Assembly (NCBI GenBank): GCA_001777055.1 | Contig: MFCX01000032.1 | Coordinates: 1-41,358 of the forward strand | Length of the DNA stretch: 41,358 bases | Reading direction: 5' to 3' | Source: Candidatus Daviesbacteria bacterium RIFCSPHIGHO2_02_FULL_39_12 | Lineage (GTDB): Bacteria; Patescibacteriota; Microgenomatia; Daviesbacterales; UBA10151 | Shown: in pieces, positions 39,306 through 41,358 of the stretch | Layout: each line of letters starts with the position of its first letter | How positions within the stretch are numbered: the stretch's first letter is position 1 | The notes under the pieces: model-generated | What the model was told of the DNA's origin: nothing | Database searches by the model: none | What the model saw: only the letters and a program-made list of their open reading frames with translations | Translations under genes and position numbers: made by a program

Positions 39306-40517
39306 TTATGGCCGATGTGAAGAATAATATTTAAGATTAACATCAACAAAATTTATAACGGTTACATATATGTTACCCAACTGATCTCGATGTTTTTCAG
39401 CCCATATTTTCGTCCACAGAACCTTATCTATACCGGGTTTATTATCAAGTTTATCTTCTCCCACAAGTATTTCCCCTCCCTCTCTCGCCTCAGACTTTTT
39501 TAAAGTATGGATAATGCGCGCCTCAGCTAAGAATGGTTGGATGATTTCGCCTAGACTTCGTTTATATGGGAATTGAGCTTCGTTGAATTGTACAATACCT
39601 CTTTTTGGATCATAAGTGGAAAAGTATCCTTTCGGTCCAAAGTACAAATTAGATATACCCTTTAAACCATATTCATCACTAGTTAATAGGGGAATCATTT
39701 CCGGATCCATAAGGTTTATCAGTCTGATTGCCTCTTCAGTAGTGGCAATATTACCCAAATTAAAACTCAAGCCGGATTTCCCTCCTGTTAATAAAAATAA
39801 TCTTGGTTCATTTTTAGGACCAGGGAGAATTCTAAAAGTTTTAAAAACTCTTTGGTCTGGATTTTTCTCAAAGGTTTCTACTTCATCAGGATTTAATGGG
39901 GTAAAAAAATCCGGCGCATTATTTAATCCTTCATCACTTAATAATTCCCTTAAATTTTTAACCACTTTTTGATGAGGCGTTAATTCTGTAATAGATTTTT
40001 CAGGGAAGGTTTGGCTGACTATTGCTGGTTCATCCGGATTAGTTGCAATTTCACCCAATACATCGGGATTTTCAGCAAGTATGTCTGCCGCTTTTGCCTC
40101 TGCCTCGCTGGCATCTGCCTGTACTCCTGCCACTTCTGTTTCTTTCTCATCTTCTTCAGTTTCTTCATCTTCTGCAGTAGATATAGTGGTAAGCCCTGAT
40201 TCCTGAGCATGAGCAATAGCAGAGGAATTATCAAGCAGCCTTTCCTGTACCATCGGGGTTATCGCATAACCAACTGCTGTAAGACCTGCTGTTGCTCCTG
40301 ATTGTGCTGCTAAAGAAAGGGAAAACCGTTCTCTGCCGCTTACTCCATGAAGAAAAGTATCTATATTATAAATGAATTCACTGAATCTGCCTTTTGTAAA
40401 GTGGTCGAGTGTTCCGAGGATGTTTTTTTTACCCTCTTGACAGGGAATCCCGTCTGGTGTATCGTTAATATCACGACTTGGAAGTTCATATCTTCCAAGC
40501 CTATTTTCGTAAGACAT
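39306..40517 (-). CDS. hypothetical protein (403 aa) with central acidic low-complexity region
   Basis: ATG ORF, first gene of the minus-strand three-gene block. It contains an EDEETEEDEKETE acidic stretch. No motif recognised. Confidence 0.6.
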   Translation of the reverse strand: MSYENRLGRYELPSRDINDTPDGIPCQEGKKNILGTLDHFTKGRFSEFIYNIDTFLHGVSGRERFSLSLAAQSGATAGLTAVGYAITPMVQERLLDNSSAIAHAQESGLTTISTAEDEETEEDEKETEVAGVQADASEAEAKAADILAENPDVLGEIATNPDEPAIVSQTFPEKSITELTPHQKVVKNLRELLSDEGLNNAPDFFTPLNPDEVETFEKNPDQRVFKTFRILPGPKNEPRLFLLTGGKSGLSFNLGNIATTEEAIRLINLMDPEMIPLLTSDEYGLKGISNLYFGPKGYFSTYDPKRGIVQFNEAQFPYKRSLGEIIQPFLAEARIIHTLKKSEAREGGEILVGEDKLDNKPGIDKVLWTKIWAEKHRDQLGNIYVTVINFVDVNLKYYSSHRP

Positions 40518-40619
40518 ATATAGGCCTATATAATTGTAGTTATTATATCCTAAATCTTCACCTCTTGCAAGTGGAGGTTTTTTGTGGTTAAATATGGTTA
40601 AGTTTATTATAAACTATAT

Positions 40620-41358
40620 ATGGCCGAAAGTATTTATAGTGATAAAATTCAAACTCTTGAAAAAGTTTTTGGTGAGCAACAAATAGATCAAGGGGGGCAT
40701 TGGAAAAAACAGCCTCTTCCTCCAAATATTCACTGGTTTGCTAGGGCATTAGAAAATCGATTTGGTCCTAGACCACGGATTATAGATACTGGGTCTGGTA
40801 CAGGGGAGCATACCCTTCAGCTCGCAGCAGATCATGGTTTTAGGGCAACCGGACTTGAAATTACTTCAACCGGCGTCAGATCGGCTCGATTACTAGCTTA
40901 TCGAGAAAGACTTATAGGAAATGGAGTAGAATTTGTACAGGGAAATATGCTTGCACAACCATTCCGAAAAGGAACATTTGAAGGTTTCCATACCTTTTGC
41001 GCACTATGTCATTTACATCGTAAGGATTGGCCAAAGTACTTCCAGCAGATGGTTGAGATTACAGTGCCAGGCGCTTTGGGGGTCACGACAGAGTTTTGCG
41101 GAGAGGATGATGAATTTTACGGTGTTCCAATAAGAGAAGCAAATATTGGTTGGTTAGAATTTAGAAACGGATTTGTTAATTTGGAAACCAGGAAAGGCGA
41201 AGAACTTAGCAGACTTCATAATTATCCTAATAAATACGAAACTTTTAACTGGTGGTTTGGTACGGTAGAAGATCTTGAACAAGCTTCAAGAAGCTATTTT
41301 CGGGTTGTTGATGCATACCATTGGGATCATCCTGAGCCGAAACCCGGGCAGGCTGGCA
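40620..41358 (+). CDS. class I SAM-dependent methyltransferase (3' end outside the window)
   Basis: The ORF is open from the ATG at 40620 to the window end; it is absent from the ORF track because no stop is reached. RIIDTGSGTGEHTLQLA is SAM-binding motif I. Confidence 0.7.
   Translation, partial: MAESIYSDKIQTLEKVFGEQQIDQGGHWKKQPLPPNIHWFARALENRFGPRPRIIDTGSGTGEHTLQLAADHGFRATGLEITSTGVRSARLLAYRERLIGNGVEFVQGNMLAQPFRKGTFEGFHTFCALCHLHRKDWPKYFQQMVEITVPGALGVTTEFCGEDDEFYGVPIREANIGWLEFRNGFVNLETRKGEELSRLHNYPNKYETFNWWFGTVEDLEQASRSYFRVVDAYHWDHPEPKPGQAG

Overview
AT-rich, gene-dense window of about 45 genes with short or overlapping intergenic regions. It looks like a reduced Patescibacteria/CPR-type genome; this is inferred from the gene set, the extended ribosomal proteins, the type IV pilin relic and the short RF1/PrmC. 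The backbone is housekeeping: ruvB (3' part), ychF, rpsF-ssb-rpsR, Ctp and HtrA proteases, prfA-prmC, rpmE, hisS, manC-like, dnaB, tRNA-Leu(CAA), pepN, efp, galU, lgt and a dksA/traR-like gene. Accessory content: (1) A Fic gene lies next to a DDE-transposase IS (2.4-4.9 kb). (2) At 27.9-30.1 kb a tightly coupled radical-SAM / HExxH-peptidase / Cys-Pro-Gly-repeat peptide operon looks like an undescribed RiPP pathway; this is my top candidate. (3) At 32.4-36.2 kb three modules (AAA+ ATPase, HigBA-like TA, AbiEii/AbiEi) are each bounded by a direct repeat that is an orphan copy of the 3' end of the neighbouring 848-aa surface-protein gene. (4) A three-gene surface-protein operon lies at 36.1-40.5 kb. 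Two families of short repeats recur across the window: GC-rich palindromic GCGAAG-type units and 7-mer tandem arrays. Both are embedded in frame in essential genes (ychF, prmC, pepN, galU). Three genes look frameshifted or decayed: a pilin, a histidine phosphatase and a Pro-rich protein. No rRNA and no CRISPR array were seen. All calls come from reading the sequence and translations; no database search was run.
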